Virus record (IMG/VR): IMGVR_UViG_3300045988_150172
Strand: one strand, 5' to 3'
From: a virus
Length of the DNA: 64,000 bases
Each line of letters starts with the position of its first letter. The first letter of the stretch is position 1. Below, piece by piece: positions 8,418 to 18,560 of the stretch. A program made the translations under genes and the position numbers. Below the pieces are notes generated by a model. The model was not told where the DNA came from. It saw only the letters and a program-made list of their open reading frames with translations, and made no database searches.

Positions 8418-10503
8418 TAAACAGATTAGAGTCACGACGGATACTTCTGCTATAGAGCGATTTAAGGTGGAAGCAGATGAACTGTATAGAAATCTTAGAA
8501 AGTATTCCAAGGATTATCTTACGGCATCAGAGAGTGATATAGACGCTATCGTACAGAGACATGAAAAGTTACTTAATCTTTACCGTGAACTTGATATTGC
8601 GAATAGTTCTAGGGCTGGTGATAGAGCTTTTCAGCGACTTGATTATCAGTTTACAGAGAACAACATAAATCGTAATAGGTATCAAGAGCAACATCCACAG
8701 GTGGATCCGGATTCTAATTCAAGAAAAACAATTCTTGAGCAGATTAGGGACACATTGAACAAGATGTTTAACAAGGATCAGACTGTTGGTGGCCGTTCAT
8801 TACGCCCAGAAGATGATACAGATCCATTTAGAAGAATGAGTAATCCTGCTGGGGGTGGGGGTGCTGTAAGGTCTGATGTTCAAGGGGGTTTACAGGCTAT
8901 TGCATCAGGAGATATTATTGGTGGGTTTGGCAAATTGCTTGGTCTTGCTGGGGTTGGTGCTATCGGTGCAGGGCTTGCTAAAGCATTTCAGGAGGCATAT
9001 CAAACACAGACTTCAGTTTATGGTGCTGGTTCTTCTATTGAGAGGGAATTAGATCGATTAAATGTATGGAGATATGTTCCATTTAGTGCTAGGGGTAGGA
9101 ATGTTGATACAGCTAGATACAATTTGGAAGCCTATTGGAATAACAGAGGGTCACAATATCAGATGGCTCTTATGTCTGGTGTGGGTATAGACTCTGCGTT
9201 TAATCAACAGATTGCTGGTTCTAGTGTAAGTGGTAGTGTAAATGATCCAAAGTATAGCAGAGCTTTGTCACAGGCCATTAAAACGGCTGGGGCTTTTGGT
9301 GCTGGTGGTGCTGGAATCGGTACAGCCTTTAATCCAGGAATCGGTACAGCTATTGGTGGAGGTATTGGTGCTTTTGCAGGATTTTTGACAGGTGCTGGAG
9401 TAGGTGCTTGGAATGAGTACATGAATAATAAGATTCCAGAACTGGAAGTGCATAATAGGGGGTCAGTTGTGCTTGGAAAGAATATTTCTGAAATGACATC
9501 TGATCTCTATGATTATAGACGTGCAGCAGTTACAGCAGAAAATGCAGATGCCAATTCTATCTGGCAGAGTATGCTTGCTGAAAAGATATATGGTCTTGAC
9601 AGGGGGGCTTTGACAGGTGTCTATGGTGTCAATAGATATCAGAATGGTGCTTTGCGTGCTGATAGGGTGGCTTCTGATGTGCTGGCTACACTAAAGACTC
9701 AGACATTTGATCCTTTTGAACGTTCCATTCGATTGCAGGAAGGATTGAATACATATACTCAAGTTGCTAATTCCATTATAGGGCAGACAGGTTCATTTGA
9801 TTCCAATACAGTAAAGAATATTATTCAGGGGTTGACGGCTAGGGGTGTTCAAGGGCAGAACTTAACTTCCTTGGCTCAGGCTTTTGCAGGTAATACGATG
9901 TCTAGTGGTGATGTATCGAGAGCACTGATTATGCAGGCAGCTGCAATGTCTGGAAATGGTGGCTCGTTACTTGACTTACAGGCAGAACTTGAACACCCTG
10001 AAAGAGGGACAATGAAGACATTGTTAGGTAATCTTTGGAATATGTCAGGTGGGAATAAGGATTTCTTTGAAACCACACTGGCTTCCACTCTTGGAATCAG
10101 TGCTTCCAAATTGCGTACAGCCAAGAGGGATGCGGCTAGAAAGGGTAGAAATTTTCTGTATGATAAGAATGGTAATCTGGATATAGATTCTATTTATGAT
10201 AGTGGGTTACTTGGGCAGGATTTTTTGGAGAGTGATGCTGCATCCATGGTAACGGATCAGGAACGAAGCGAAGCTGGAACAGCCAATAGAAATATAGTTG
10301 GTGGTAAACTTGCACAGGATGCTTACCAACGTGGTGATGAGGACTGGTTTAAGTCGTTTAAGAATATAGATGAGAATTTGGGTGCGTTGCTTGATAAGGC
10401 CAATGGGGAAGGGATTAATGTTAATATGGTGAATGTTGCACCAAAGGCTGTGCAGGGTGGTAAGACTTCTGTGGTTATTAAAAATAGTGCTCAAAAACAT
10501 TAA
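8410..10503 (+). CDS. tail tape measure protein
   Basis: 697 aa. Coiled-coil N-terminus and Gly/Ala-rich hydrophobic segments (GGFGKLLGLAGVGAIGAGLA, GAGGAGIGTAFNPGIGTAIGGGIGAFAGFLTGAGVGA). Position is after the chaperones. Confidence 0.75.
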   Translation: MADKQIRVTTDTSAIERFKVEADELYRNLRKYSKDYLTASESDIDAIVQRHEKLLNLYRELDIANSSRAGDRAFQRLDYQFTENNINRNRYQEQHPQVDPDSNSRKTILEQIRDTLNKMFNKDQTVGGRSLRPEDDTDPFRRMSNPAGGGGAVRSDVQGGLQAIASGDIIGGFGKLLGLAGVGAIGAGLAKAFQEAYQTQTSVYGAGSSIERELDRLNVWRYVPFSARGRNVDTARYNLEAYWNNRGSQYQMALMSGVGIDSAFNQQIAGSSVSGSVNDPKYSRALSQAIKTAGAFGAGGAGIGTAFNPGIGTAIGGGIGAFAGFLTGAGVGAWNEYMNNKIPELEVHNRGSVVLGKNISEMTSDLYDYRRAAVTAENADANSIWQSMLAEKIYGLDRGALTGVYGVNRYQNGALRADRVASDVLATLKTQTFDPFERSIRLQEGLNTYTQVANSIIGQTGSFDSNTVKNIIQGLTARGVQGQNLTSLAQAFAGNTMSSGDVSRALIMQAAAMSGNGGSLLDLQAELEHPERGTMKTLLGNLWNMSGGNKDFFETTLASTLGISASKLRTAKRDAARKGRNFLYDKNGNLDIDSIYDSGLLGQDFLESDAASMVTDQERSEAGTANRNIVGGKLAQDAYQRGDEDWFKSFKNIDENLGALLDKANGEGINVNMVNVAPKAVQGGKTSVVIKNSAQKH

Positions 10504-10515
10504 TTATGATCTATT

Positions 10516-13236
10516 ATGGGGGATATTAGTAAGAATTATTCTTTTAGTGAATTTGTGCGTTCTGAAACAGCAGCTAGAGAGGGGTGGGACAACACTATTC
10601 CTGAACAGTATAAGGCTAATATTATTCGCCTATGTACGTCTGTTTTACAGCCTATAAATGATGCAACAGGGTGGACTAATATAATTTCATCGGGGTATCG
10701 TTCAAGTCGGCTAAATAAGGCTGTTGGCGGTGTGAATAATTCTTTACATTTAACAGGTTGTGCCGCAGACTGTAATTTCTACAGGAAGACAAATGGAATC
10801 AATGTAAGGGTTTCGCCTGTTGACGTGGAAAAGAAAGTTAAGGAATTAGGTCTTCCATATACGGAATTGATTCAATACAATGAAAAAGGCTTTGTTCACA
10901 TTGGATATAATGGTGTTTCGAAACGTCTTGTGAAGCCGGAGGATCCATTGGATGGGGCTGATATACAGACAGTTTATCCTCAGGATACTGCTTCTGAATC
11001 ATATAGCGTATATGTTATACAGAGAGCAGATGGTGCTGATGAAAATGGTGTTATTACCATTGATGGGTTTAACACCGTGTTAAAGAATCTTGGGTTTATG
11101 TTTGACGGTGACGGTAATGTAAATGAGAAATGGTTGGAATTTACAGACGGCAATCAAACAAACCTGGATCGTATAGTTGAGATGTATTCTCCAACGGAAA
11201 AAGTGAAGTATAAGGATGAGATTAATAACGGTAAGATTCCTTTTGTAAAGGTTGGTACGCGTCTGTTGATAAAATCTTCAGTGCTGGATGCTTATAAGGT
11301 AAGATTTGAGAATTCTAATGTGTTTGAAGTTCCAGGAAAGACGGCTGTGATGTATTGGAATGACAACGTAAAAAGAATTACGAGTGACCCCTTGTATCAA
11401 TCCACATGGAAAAACCCTCTTGGTAGTGTTGTCGTTCAGCAAAAGACTGTAAGCGTCAAGGCATGGGTCTATAGTAGAGCCTTTAAGGGTTTTGTTGATA
11501 TTTCCCCCTACATTATTTCGGCCAGCACTAACAAGAGTGGATTCAATGGTTCATTTTCAATTCAGGTAAACCCTGTGGCAGTTAGTAAGATTGCTGGTGG
11601 GTTTAATTATAATGAAGTGAATCAATACAATACGGACAAGGAATTGAGGTGGGTAGATAATGGTGATGATTCTGACTATGCTAAAGGACATGCCAAGACG
11701 CTGGACTGGTTTGGCGTATTTATGCAGCAGAATGATATGGTGTGGCTACGGTTTGAAGAACTTCAATGTGAAAAGAACCAAGATGCTTCGGAAAGCAAAT
11801 CCCTGATTAAGTCAGATTCTGATTTAACGGATTCTCTTATATGGGATATGATTGGTTTTGTGGATAGTGTTACGAGTAGTGCTAATTATGATGGCAATTC
11901 TTATTCCATAGCCATAGAGGGTCGAGATTTTTCAAAATTGTTTGAAGATGACGGTATAAGCTTTATCCCATTCAATGCGATATTTGGTTCGGCGCATAAC
12001 ATGACATTGATGGGTAATGATGAGAGCCCATTTCTTCGCAGGAATATGGACGGTATGATTGCCTTTGGCATGTATTTTCAGTCGATAAAATCAAGTCTTG
12101 GCTTTATTTTTGAAAAATGCTCTCAGATAGAAGTTATGCCGTCAACTATTTTTAATAGTTGCAACAGGTATGATAATGATTCTACATTTACTCCTAAAGG
12201 TGCTTGGAAGTTGTTTAAGATATGGTGTGATAGTCAGCTGGACAGTAGGATTTTTTATAATAACATCTTGGTGAATCCCGATGGAAGTATTGCCGATTTC
12301 ATACGTTCAACATGTAAGGAGCCATTTGTGGAGGTGCTGGGTGACACTTGGGGTGCTGGGTATGACTTGATGGTACGTAAACCACCATTTGATAAGTCTT
12401 CCATACAGACAATGCTGTATGCAAAGAATAATGACAGTGCGTCTGTTGAGTCATATATTGACATTATGGATGAAGATCTGTACGACTTTAATCTGTCGTT
12501 TGACAATAGGGTGTATTCTTGGTATAAGATTGTTCCTGCTGATGGTCTGATTCCAGGGCTTGATTCCAAGACTTCAACCATTTTGATTCCTATATTCTAT
12601 TTGGATGAGTATGTTCGTGTGTTTGGAAATAAGCGATGCATCATTCAAGATCCTTATGTTCTCTCGGCTTATCTTGGTGGAAATAAGTCGAAGGAGAAGA
12701 CTGGTTCCTTGTTCACCACTTTGGCGGCTGATTATATTTTTGCGATAGAGAGTACCGCCTATTTACCTTTTACCAGAAGAGGGCAGATAACTATTAATGG
12801 AGATAGGAGAATAAAGGTTGGAACATTTGTTCGTCTTGCAGCTACAAATGAAATCTTTTATGTTGTTGGCGTTAATCAGAGTGTTTCATTTGGAGAATCT
12901 AATGTGGATAGGCGTACAGTTCTTACGGTTGAACGAGGTATGGTTGTGGACTATATTACAAATGAGAGGTATAATTATTTTAACATTGTAAATATAGATG
13001 GGTTGAAGGATACATTGGAAAATAATCTTACGTCTGGTAAAGCTAACATGGAATTGAACACTACGCTAACACGTAATGGTGAAGTGTTTTATTTCTTTCT
13101 AAACAGATGGCAGTTTGTTAAGCGAGCATATCGGGCTGTAACAATGACATTTGACATCAATGATGCTGCTGTGTATGATAGTGATACGGCAGGGGAGTTT
13201 AATATGACAAAAGTGATAAGTTCTAAGGAGAGTTAA
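10516..13236 (+). CDS. tail hub/baseplate protein with N-terminal M15-type peptidoglycan peptidase domain
   Basis: 906 aa. SGYRSSRLNKAVGGVNNSLHLTGCAADC .. GFVHIGY matches the SxHxxGxAxD ... H signature of VanY/M15 zinc peptidases. Confidence 0.7.
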   Translation: MGDISKNYSFSEFVRSETAAREGWDNTIPEQYKANIIRLCTSVLQPINDATGWTNIISSGYRSSRLNKAVGGVNNSLHLTGCAADCNFYRKTNGINVRVSPVDVEKKVKELGLPYTELIQYNEKGFVHIGYNGVSKRLVKPEDPLDGADIQTVYPQDTASESYSVYVIQRADGADENGVITIDGFNTVLKNLGFMFDGDGNVNEKWLEFTDGNQTNLDRIVEMYSPTEKVKYKDEINNGKIPFVKVGTRLLIKSSVLDAYKVRFENSNVFEVPGKTAVMYWNDNVKRITSDPLYQSTWKNPLGSVVVQQKTVSVKAWVYSRAFKGFVDISPYIISASTNKSGFNGSFSIQVNPVAVSKIAGGFNYNEVNQYNTDKELRWVDNGDDSDYAKGHAKTLDWFGVFMQQNDMVWLRFEELQCEKNQDASESKSLIKSDSDLTDSLIWDMIGFVDSVTSSANYDGNSYSIAIEGRDFSKLFEDDGISFIPFNAIFGSAHNMTLMGNDESPFLRRNMDGMIAFGMYFQSIKSSLGFIFEKCSQIEVMPSTIFNSCNRYDNDSTFTPKGAWKLFKIWCDSQLDSRIFYNNILVNPDGSIADFIRSTCKEPFVEVLGDTWGAGYDLMVRKPPFDKSSIQTMLYAKNNDSASVESYIDIMDEDLYDFNLSFDNRVYSWYKIVPADGLIPGLDSKTSTILIPIFYLDEYVRVFGNKRCIIQDPYVLSAYLGGNKSKEKTGSLFTTLAADYIFAIESTAYLPFTRRGQITINGDRRIKVGTFVRLAATNEIFYVVGVNQSVSFGESNVDRRTVLTVERGMVVDYITNERYNYFNIVNIDGLKDTLENNLTSGKANMELNTTLTRNGEVFYFFLNRWQFVKRAYRAVTMTFDINDAAVYDSDTAGEFNMTKVISSKES

Positions 13237-13237
13237 T

Positions 13238-14389
13238 ATGGGAATGTTTGATCAAGAAATATATATAGATCTATCGGGTTATAAGGATGGTATTACACCA
13301 GTTACGAGTGACAATCTGGATAATCAGAGTGTTGGTCTTGCACGAGTAATTGTCCCATCGGGTGTTGATAGAGATCAATATGTTTCAGACTGTTATCGTA
13401 CAGGTAGGATTGATCTGTATGATGAAAATCAAGGTGTATTTTTGAAACAGTGCTTTGTTACCAACGAGGTGCTGGAAAATATTCAATTTCCTAGGAATGC
13501 TGGTGATATTGGTGATCCTGTGGTGTGGGTCTGTCAACCTAAGATGTTGAACCATCCAATGGTTATAGGAACTTTTCCACATGGGGAAAGAATGCGCCTT
13601 GGTACAGATCAGACTCATGAGCTTCATAAGGAGTGGGATAAGGGTTATGTGGATGTTACGGCTGATGCCAAGGACGGTTCATTGAATATAGTTGTTCATG
13701 GGCAGGAAAAGTCTGGCGGTGTTGTGCGTGTTTCTGTTCTGGGGGATGAAAAGTCTGTTCTAGAGGTAAAGTCTGATGGTGTTGTGTCAGTTGAGTCCGG
13801 AAAGGAGCTTCGTGTTTTCTCCTATGAAAAAATGAATATACAGTTGGAAAATCCTGAAAATATGGATAGAACAGGTGTGGTTGTTACCAAGGACAGTATT
13901 GATGTTGCGGCTAATTATTCTGTGGATGAAGAGGATGCTGAAAAGGTGAACCATACCAAGGTTCATGTTGACAAGGATGGTATGCTTTGTGAGGGGTATT
14001 TTTGCGAGGATGACACAACGAAGTATAATGTTAATATTAATAAGGAAGGATTTGTAGCAAAATCAGCGATTAAGGGCGATGAAGTTCAGTTTACAAATAC
14101 AATTACCGATGAGGAGTATAAAGTCGTCTTTAGGGATGTTATTTTGTCCTTGAGAGAGAAATTAGCGGTGTTACAGCAGGGGGATGATATAAAGGTGGAA
14201 CTAAAGGACGGTAAGGTCTCCATTGTGAATTCTGGAACTGGCTTGAATGAAATTCTTTCGCTGCTAGTGAGTACCATTGAGAAATTGACTGTTTCTACAT
14301 CTATGGGTCCGAGTGGTACACCTCTTCCACCTACCATTCAAGCAACAACACAATTAAAACAGAAGTTGAATCAATTTTTTAACGAATAA
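13238..14389 (+). CDS. baseplate central spike-like protein
   Basis: 383 aa. Repetitive beta-strand run (VVRVSVLGDEKSVLEVKSDGVVSVESGKELRV). Position follows the hub gene. Confidence 0.45.
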   Translation: MGMFDQEIYIDLSGYKDGITPVTSDNLDNQSVGLARVIVPSGVDRDQYVSDCYRTGRIDLYDENQGVFLKQCFVTNEVLENIQFPRNAGDIGDPVVWVCQPKMLNHPMVIGTFPHGERMRLGTDQTHELHKEWDKGYVDVTADAKDGSLNIVVHGQEKSGGVVRVSVLGDEKSVLEVKSDGVVSVESGKELRVFSYEKMNIQLENPENMDRTGVVVTKDSIDVAANYSVDEEDAEKVNHTKVHVDKDGMLCEGYFCEDDTTKYNVNINKEGFVAKSAIKGDEVQFTNTITDEEYKVVFRDVILSLREKLAVLQQGDDIKVELKDGKVSIVNSGTGLNEILSLLVSTIEKLTVSTSMGPSGTPLPPTIQATTQLKQKLNQFFNE

Positions 14390-14394
14390 GCATT

Positions 14395-14616
14395 ATGGCA
14401 CTTGTACCTCAAAATTTAGCTACACAGTTATATAATTTCTTTCAGAAGATGCGTGCAGCTACTGATGCTGATGATAAGGCAATGGCTCAAGAGTTTGCCA
14501 ATATAATTGATGGGTACATTAAGACAGCACAGGTTGCTCCTGGAATTCCAGTAACGACATCTGGATCAGCGACTGCTCAAACTGGAATGACTACTGGGGC
14601 TGGAAAATTGGAGTAA
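14395..14616 (+). CDS. small baseplate-module protein
   Basis: 73-aa ORF between the spike-like gene and an internal promoter. Confidence 0.4.
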   Translation: MALVPQNLATQLYNFFQKMRAATDADDKAMAQEFANIIDGYIKTAQVAPGIPVTTSGSATAQTGMTTGAGKLE

Positions 14617-14622
14617 ATTAAT

Positions 14623-14630
14623 TATATTTG
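14623..14630 (+). promoter_or_regulatory. Bacteroidota-type -7 promoter box TATATTTG
   Basis: TATATTTGCG lies in the 39-nt gap before the 14656 ORF. The same octamer+CG recurs at 51686 and 53314. Confidence 0.45.
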
Positions 14631-14655
14631 CGTAAAAAGATAAATGGAGTAGATC

Positions 14656-15498
14656 ATGTCAAGTACGACTGAATTTTTACAGAATCGTGGAAATACTGTG
14701 GTGAATGAAGCAATGAGTCTTGCAAAGTCTATAGGTTTGCAGGCCATTGCGACTGCGATGCCACATGAGTTTGAATGGTATATGATTGCTCTTGAGTTGG
14801 CGACAGCTGATAATAAGACAATAGACTACCTTACATTTCCTATAATGCCTAATTCGCTGTCCAAGGTGGAACAGAATCGTACTTCCATTAAGAAGTCCAT
14901 GAGTGGTGTAACTGTTCTTCAGAATTCAGCACTTCCACTTGGAGAGATTATTCTTCGGGGTAATTTTGGACGTGGATTTAAGAATCTGGTGGGTATAAAT
15001 AATGATGTATCTGCTGGGGCTTTAGCTTATAGTATGAAAGCAGGGAAATATGACCTTTATTCTCTTAAGGAAGGAAGCAATAATAAGATTCCAAAGGCTA
15101 AGACTTTTAATGTAGCAATTAAGACAGGTTATGGCGTTATAAAGATGCTTCAAGCTATTTTGAGCAAGAGTGTGGGGTACGATAATCAGGGTAGGCCTTT
15201 TAGGCTGTTCTTTTATAATATGGCCTTTGGAGAGAATTATCAAGTTGTTGTTCCTCCTAATGGAACACGATTCTATCAGGATATTTCAAATAACATGATA
15301 TGGAGTTATGATTTGCGTCTTACCGTTGTTGCTCCTCTCGATGCAGTTGTAAAGGATTCTAAAAAATGGAAACAGCTTGCTGCATCAGCAATTCAAGGAA
15401 GCATTGATATAGTAAGTTCTGAAATAAAGAATGTTGTTGGTGATCTTGGTGAAAAAGCCAGCATGAAAATTGATGATTGGACTAGAATAGGAAAATGA
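14656..15498 (+). CDS. baseplate-module protein, unknown role
   Basis: 280-aa ORF, ATGA-coupled to the gp25-like gene. Confidence 0.5.
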   Translation: MSSTTEFLQNRGNTVVNEAMSLAKSIGLQAIATAMPHEFEWYMIALELATADNKTIDYLTFPIMPNSLSKVEQNRTSIKKSMSGVTVLQNSALPLGEIILRGNFGRGFKNLVGINNDVSAGALAYSMKAGKYDLYSLKEGSNNKIPKAKTFNVAIKTGYGVIKMLQAILSKSVGYDNQGRPFRLFFYNMAFGENYQVVVPPNGTRFYQDISNNMIWSYDLRLTVVAPLDAVVKDSKKWKQLAASAIQGSIDIVSSEIKNVVGDLGEKASMKIDDWTRIGK

Positions 15499-16412
15499 TG
15501 AATACAAAGATTTTTGAAAAGTTTCAGACGATTACAGGGTATGATATAAAGTCATACCTTGAAAACTTTGTATTATTTTGTCGTAACTCATATCCTATTA
15601 TTGTGCAGTATTATAACGGTAATACTGTTGACACTAAGAAAGTATTTAGTGAATTAGATTATCTTCTAGTACAGGCTGAGACGATAGAATCATTGTTTTC
15701 ATTGAAAGCTAATCAGATGGATACAATAGATTATTGGGAATTACTAGATGTTTTTACAAATAGTCAGACAAAACTATGGACAATAAATAATTCTTCTAAA
15801 TGGCTTAGAAGTGCTATTATTGGAAGATATGGCAATAATGTTGCATTACAGCGTACATTGAAATCCAGGGAAAATTTTGAGAATGTGTCAAATTCATTGG
15901 GTTCGTCTGAATTTGATGACTCATGGGTTGATATTGCTAGGCCGAATCAAATAGAGGAGGAAGCCTACACTCCTGATGACGGATCCCCTATGTTTAAGAT
16001 TAATGTTCGTACGAGTGGTGTGTCTTCAATTGATAACATTGTTGATTCATTAAGTGAAAAAAGCATTCTTGGTAAGGATATTGATAAGAATTTTGTATTT
16101 AAGGATGATGATTTGGCTGTGGTTGAATATGATGATGCGGTTCAACAGGCGCTTGATATCATTCTTAACAGCATACAGGGTTCTATTCCTGAGTTTCCGG
16201 AGTACGGTTTTGCAGATACCTCCGTTGGAGTTTCCATGAAGGCCATATCTTATCCGACAATTATTAAGAATATGATGGATATGTTTAGTAGAGATGGTAG
16301 GTGGAATGAGGTGAATATTCTTGATATTTTTGTTAAGGATGATAATGTCTTTTGCAAGATAAGTGCTTGCACAGTTACGAATAATTATATTATAACAAAT
16401 GTACAGATATGA
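15495..16412 (+). CDS. baseplate wedge protein with gp25/W-like C-terminal domain
   Basis: 305 aa. AVQQALDIILNSIQGSIPEFPEYGFADTSVG resembles the gp25-family core (..IL.T..G..P..P.FG..). Confidence 0.55.
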   Translation: MMNTKIFEKFQTITGYDIKSYLENFVLFCRNSYPIIVQYYNGNTVDTKKVFSELDYLLVQAETIESLFSLKANQMDTIDYWELLDVFTNSQTKLWTINNSSKWLRSAIIGRYGNNVALQRTLKSRENFENVSNSLGSSEFDDSWVDIARPNQIEEEAYTPDDGSPMFKINVRTSGVSSIDNIVDSLSEKSILGKDIDKNFVFKDDDLAVVEYDDAVQQALDIILNSIQGSIPEFPEYGFADTSVGVSMKAISYPTIIKNMMDMFSRDGRWNEVNILDIFVKDDNVFCKISACTVTNNYIITNVQI

Positions 16413-17611
16413 TAACAAAGACGGACAATACTATTAACAATTTGAAAAATCTGTTTTTAGAGGTACTTTTGAATAAGACTGATAAAGTGTCTGATATTAC
16501 AGATAATTCCGTATTGAATGGAGTGGCGTATGGAACTGCTAAGATAGCTCAAAAGGCCATTAAGGATATAGCTATTGTTGAAACTCAACTGTTTCCTGAG
16601 ACAGCTTCAGGTGAATGGTTGGATCGATCTGCACTGTTGTTTGGTGTTACTGCTAGAAAAACGGCACAAGGTTCTTCAACGTATGTCTGTGTGTTTGCCA
16701 ATCCAGGAACAATATATGATAAGGACACACAGGTGTTTGTAAATACAAACGGTGTTCGATTTCAGCCGGAAGAGACTGTTGTTGTCGGTGATTATGGGTA
16801 TGCCTATGTTAAGGTTAGAAGTATTGGTACAGGCGCTTATACGAATGTTGCAGCAAATAGTATAATTCGTGTTACACCTGTTCCAGCTGGGCATGTGGCA
16901 TGTACGAATGAATATTATGCACAAGGTGGCTGTGACAATGAGAATGATGATATGTTTAGGCGTAGAATATTGAATCATCAGAATCTATTTGCCACTGCCA
17001 CACTTGAGAAGATGACACAGGTGTTTCAAAATTTTGATAGCAGGGTTTTGAAAATTCTATGGGTAGGTGTTATGGAGGACGGTTTTCTTCATATTGAAAT
17101 AGCTACCCAGAATGGACAGGATTTATCAAAAGATGAACTGGCAACTTTGCTGGAACAGGCAAGACCCTATTTCGGCTTGAGTGATATGGTTTCCTCCGGT
17201 CGATTAATGGGTATAAAATTGGATAATGTTCAATGGTATGAAGTTGGCGGTGATGTAGGGGTTGATTTTAGGTGTGAGCTGGAAGCTGGGTATGAGGTTG
17301 CATCTGTTCGTAGAAAGATTCAGATTGGCATTACTAAATATCTTGATTGGAGGTATTGGAGTGCTGGTTCAAAGGTTGAATGGGATAATCTTCTGGAAAT
17401 TATTAAGAATACAGAGGGGGTTAAGTATGTTGCGTCAGAATGGTTTTATCCTAATAAGGACGAGTATGTTTCCGAATTTATGCTTCCACGTGTGAAGAGG
17501 TTTGTTATGCGTAATCTGGATGGAACAGTGATGGTTGATGCATCAACCTCCACTACAATAGAACAGCAGTATAATGAGCTTTTCCCAGCATATTATGCAG
17601 CTAATATTTAA
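16409..17611 (+). CDS. baseplate J/gp6-like protein
   Basis: 400 aa, directly after the gp25-like gene (the conserved W-J order) and coupled by ATGA. Confidence 0.55.
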   Translation: MITKTDNTINNLKNLFLEVLLNKTDKVSDITDNSVLNGVAYGTAKIAQKAIKDIAIVETQLFPETASGEWLDRSALLFGVTARKTAQGSSTYVCVFANPGTIYDKDTQVFVNTNGVRFQPEETVVVGDYGYAYVKVRSIGTGAYTNVAANSIIRVTPVPAGHVACTNEYYAQGGCDNENDDMFRRRILNHQNLFATATLEKMTQVFQNFDSRVLKILWVGVMEDGFLHIEIATQNGQDLSKDELATLLEQARPYFGLSDMVSSGRLMGIKLDNVQWYEVGGDVGVDFRCELEAGYEVASVRRKIQIGITKYLDWRYWSAGSKVEWDNLLEIIKNTEGVKYVASEWFYPNKDEYVSEFMLPRVKRFVMRNLDGTVMVDASTSTTIEQQYNELFPAYYAANI

Positions 17612-17634
17612 TTTTGGTAAAAATTATTGTAACT

Positions 17635-17934
17635 ATGGGACAGAATTATAATATGGGTAATTATGCACAGACAACAGGTGTTAAGATGAAGTCTGAAGAT
17701 GGTTTAAGAGATCTTACAGTTCAAATAGGTGAATTGTGGAATATTTCTGGGGATTATCTTGCTACAGAACCATTTGCCGTTAAGAATATTTCTGAGGACA
17801 ATATTATGTTGACTGTGCGCCTGTATGGTATGACAGAATTTATTGAAACAGTGTTTTATCCTGGATGGAATATTGAACTTGTTTGTGAGGTTAAAAATGC
17901 TCCAGCTGGGGTAATACAGGGAGGTCGCTTGTAA
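17635..17934 (+). CDS. small baseplate-module protein
   Basis: First ATG of the 17614..17934 ORF (the track start is TTG). Confidence 0.4.
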   Translation: MGQNYNMGNYAQTTGVKMKSEDGLRDLTVQIGELWNISGDYLATEPFAVKNISEDNIMLTVRLYGMTEFIETVFYPGWNIELVCEVKNAPAGVIQGGRL

Positions 17935-18131
17935 TGAACATTATTGGTAACATACACATTATTGGTAAGAAAGCCCTAAAGGTAATTTTAAGGTTTTTCT
18001 TTAAGAAGGATGTTGTATGGATTGATGATGAAACATTGGAGGGGGATCAAGAAATAGTGTCTAATACTACTTGGCAACTTTTTAAGGAAAATGAAGACAT
18101 TAGAATTAAAACTGACAAGAACAATCTTTAG
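17934..18131 (+). CDS. small hypothetical protein
   Basis: 65-aa ORF. Its end overlaps the next gene by 41 nt. Confidence 0.3.
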   Translation: MNIIGNIHIIGKKALKVILRFFFKKDVVWIDDETLEGDQEIVSNTTWQLFKENEDIRIKTDKNNL

Positions 18132-18558
18132 CGATAAAAGAACGATTGGCGAGCTTTTTGCTAATGGTGTTAAGCTGGCGGATACATTGGAGGATGCTTT
18201 ACGTAATCTTCCTGAAAAATGTCCGAATACTCCTAAATTTATGCCTTGTGCGTGTTCAGAAAAGGTTTATGGTGAAACATGTATTCCAGCTGGTAGGTAC
18301 AGGGTTCGCTATCTTTATTCCAATCGATTTAAGAGGAAGTACCCATGTCTTCAGAATGTTCCACATTTTCTTGGGATTTTAATTCATGCTGGTTCCAATG
18401 AGGGTCATACAGAGGGGTGCATTCTTGTCGGGACACTTGCCTCCAGTGGTGATAGGTTGATTAACAGCTTTGTTGCTAGAGATAAGGTCTGTAAGATTGT
18501 TGAGGATGCTGAAAAGGCTGGTATGGAAGTTTGGATTACAATTGAAAATCAGCGGTAA
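18091..18558 (+). CDS. putative cell-wall-acting enzyme (YkuD/DUF5675-like H..G..GC motif)
   Basis: 155 aa. CIPAGRYRV.. and GILIHAGSNEGHTEGCILVG resemble the HxG...GC(I) catalytic motif of the L,D-transpeptidase-fold family. Followed by a membrane-anchored protein. Confidence 0.5.
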   Translation: MKTLELKLTRTIFSDKRTIGELFANGVKLADTLEDALRNLPEKCPNTPKFMPCACSEKVYGETCIPAGRYRVRYLYSNRFKRKYPCLQNVPHFLGILIHAGSNEGHTEGCILVGTLASSGDRLINSFVARDKVCKIVEDAEKAGMEVWITIENQR

Positions 18559-18560
18559 TT

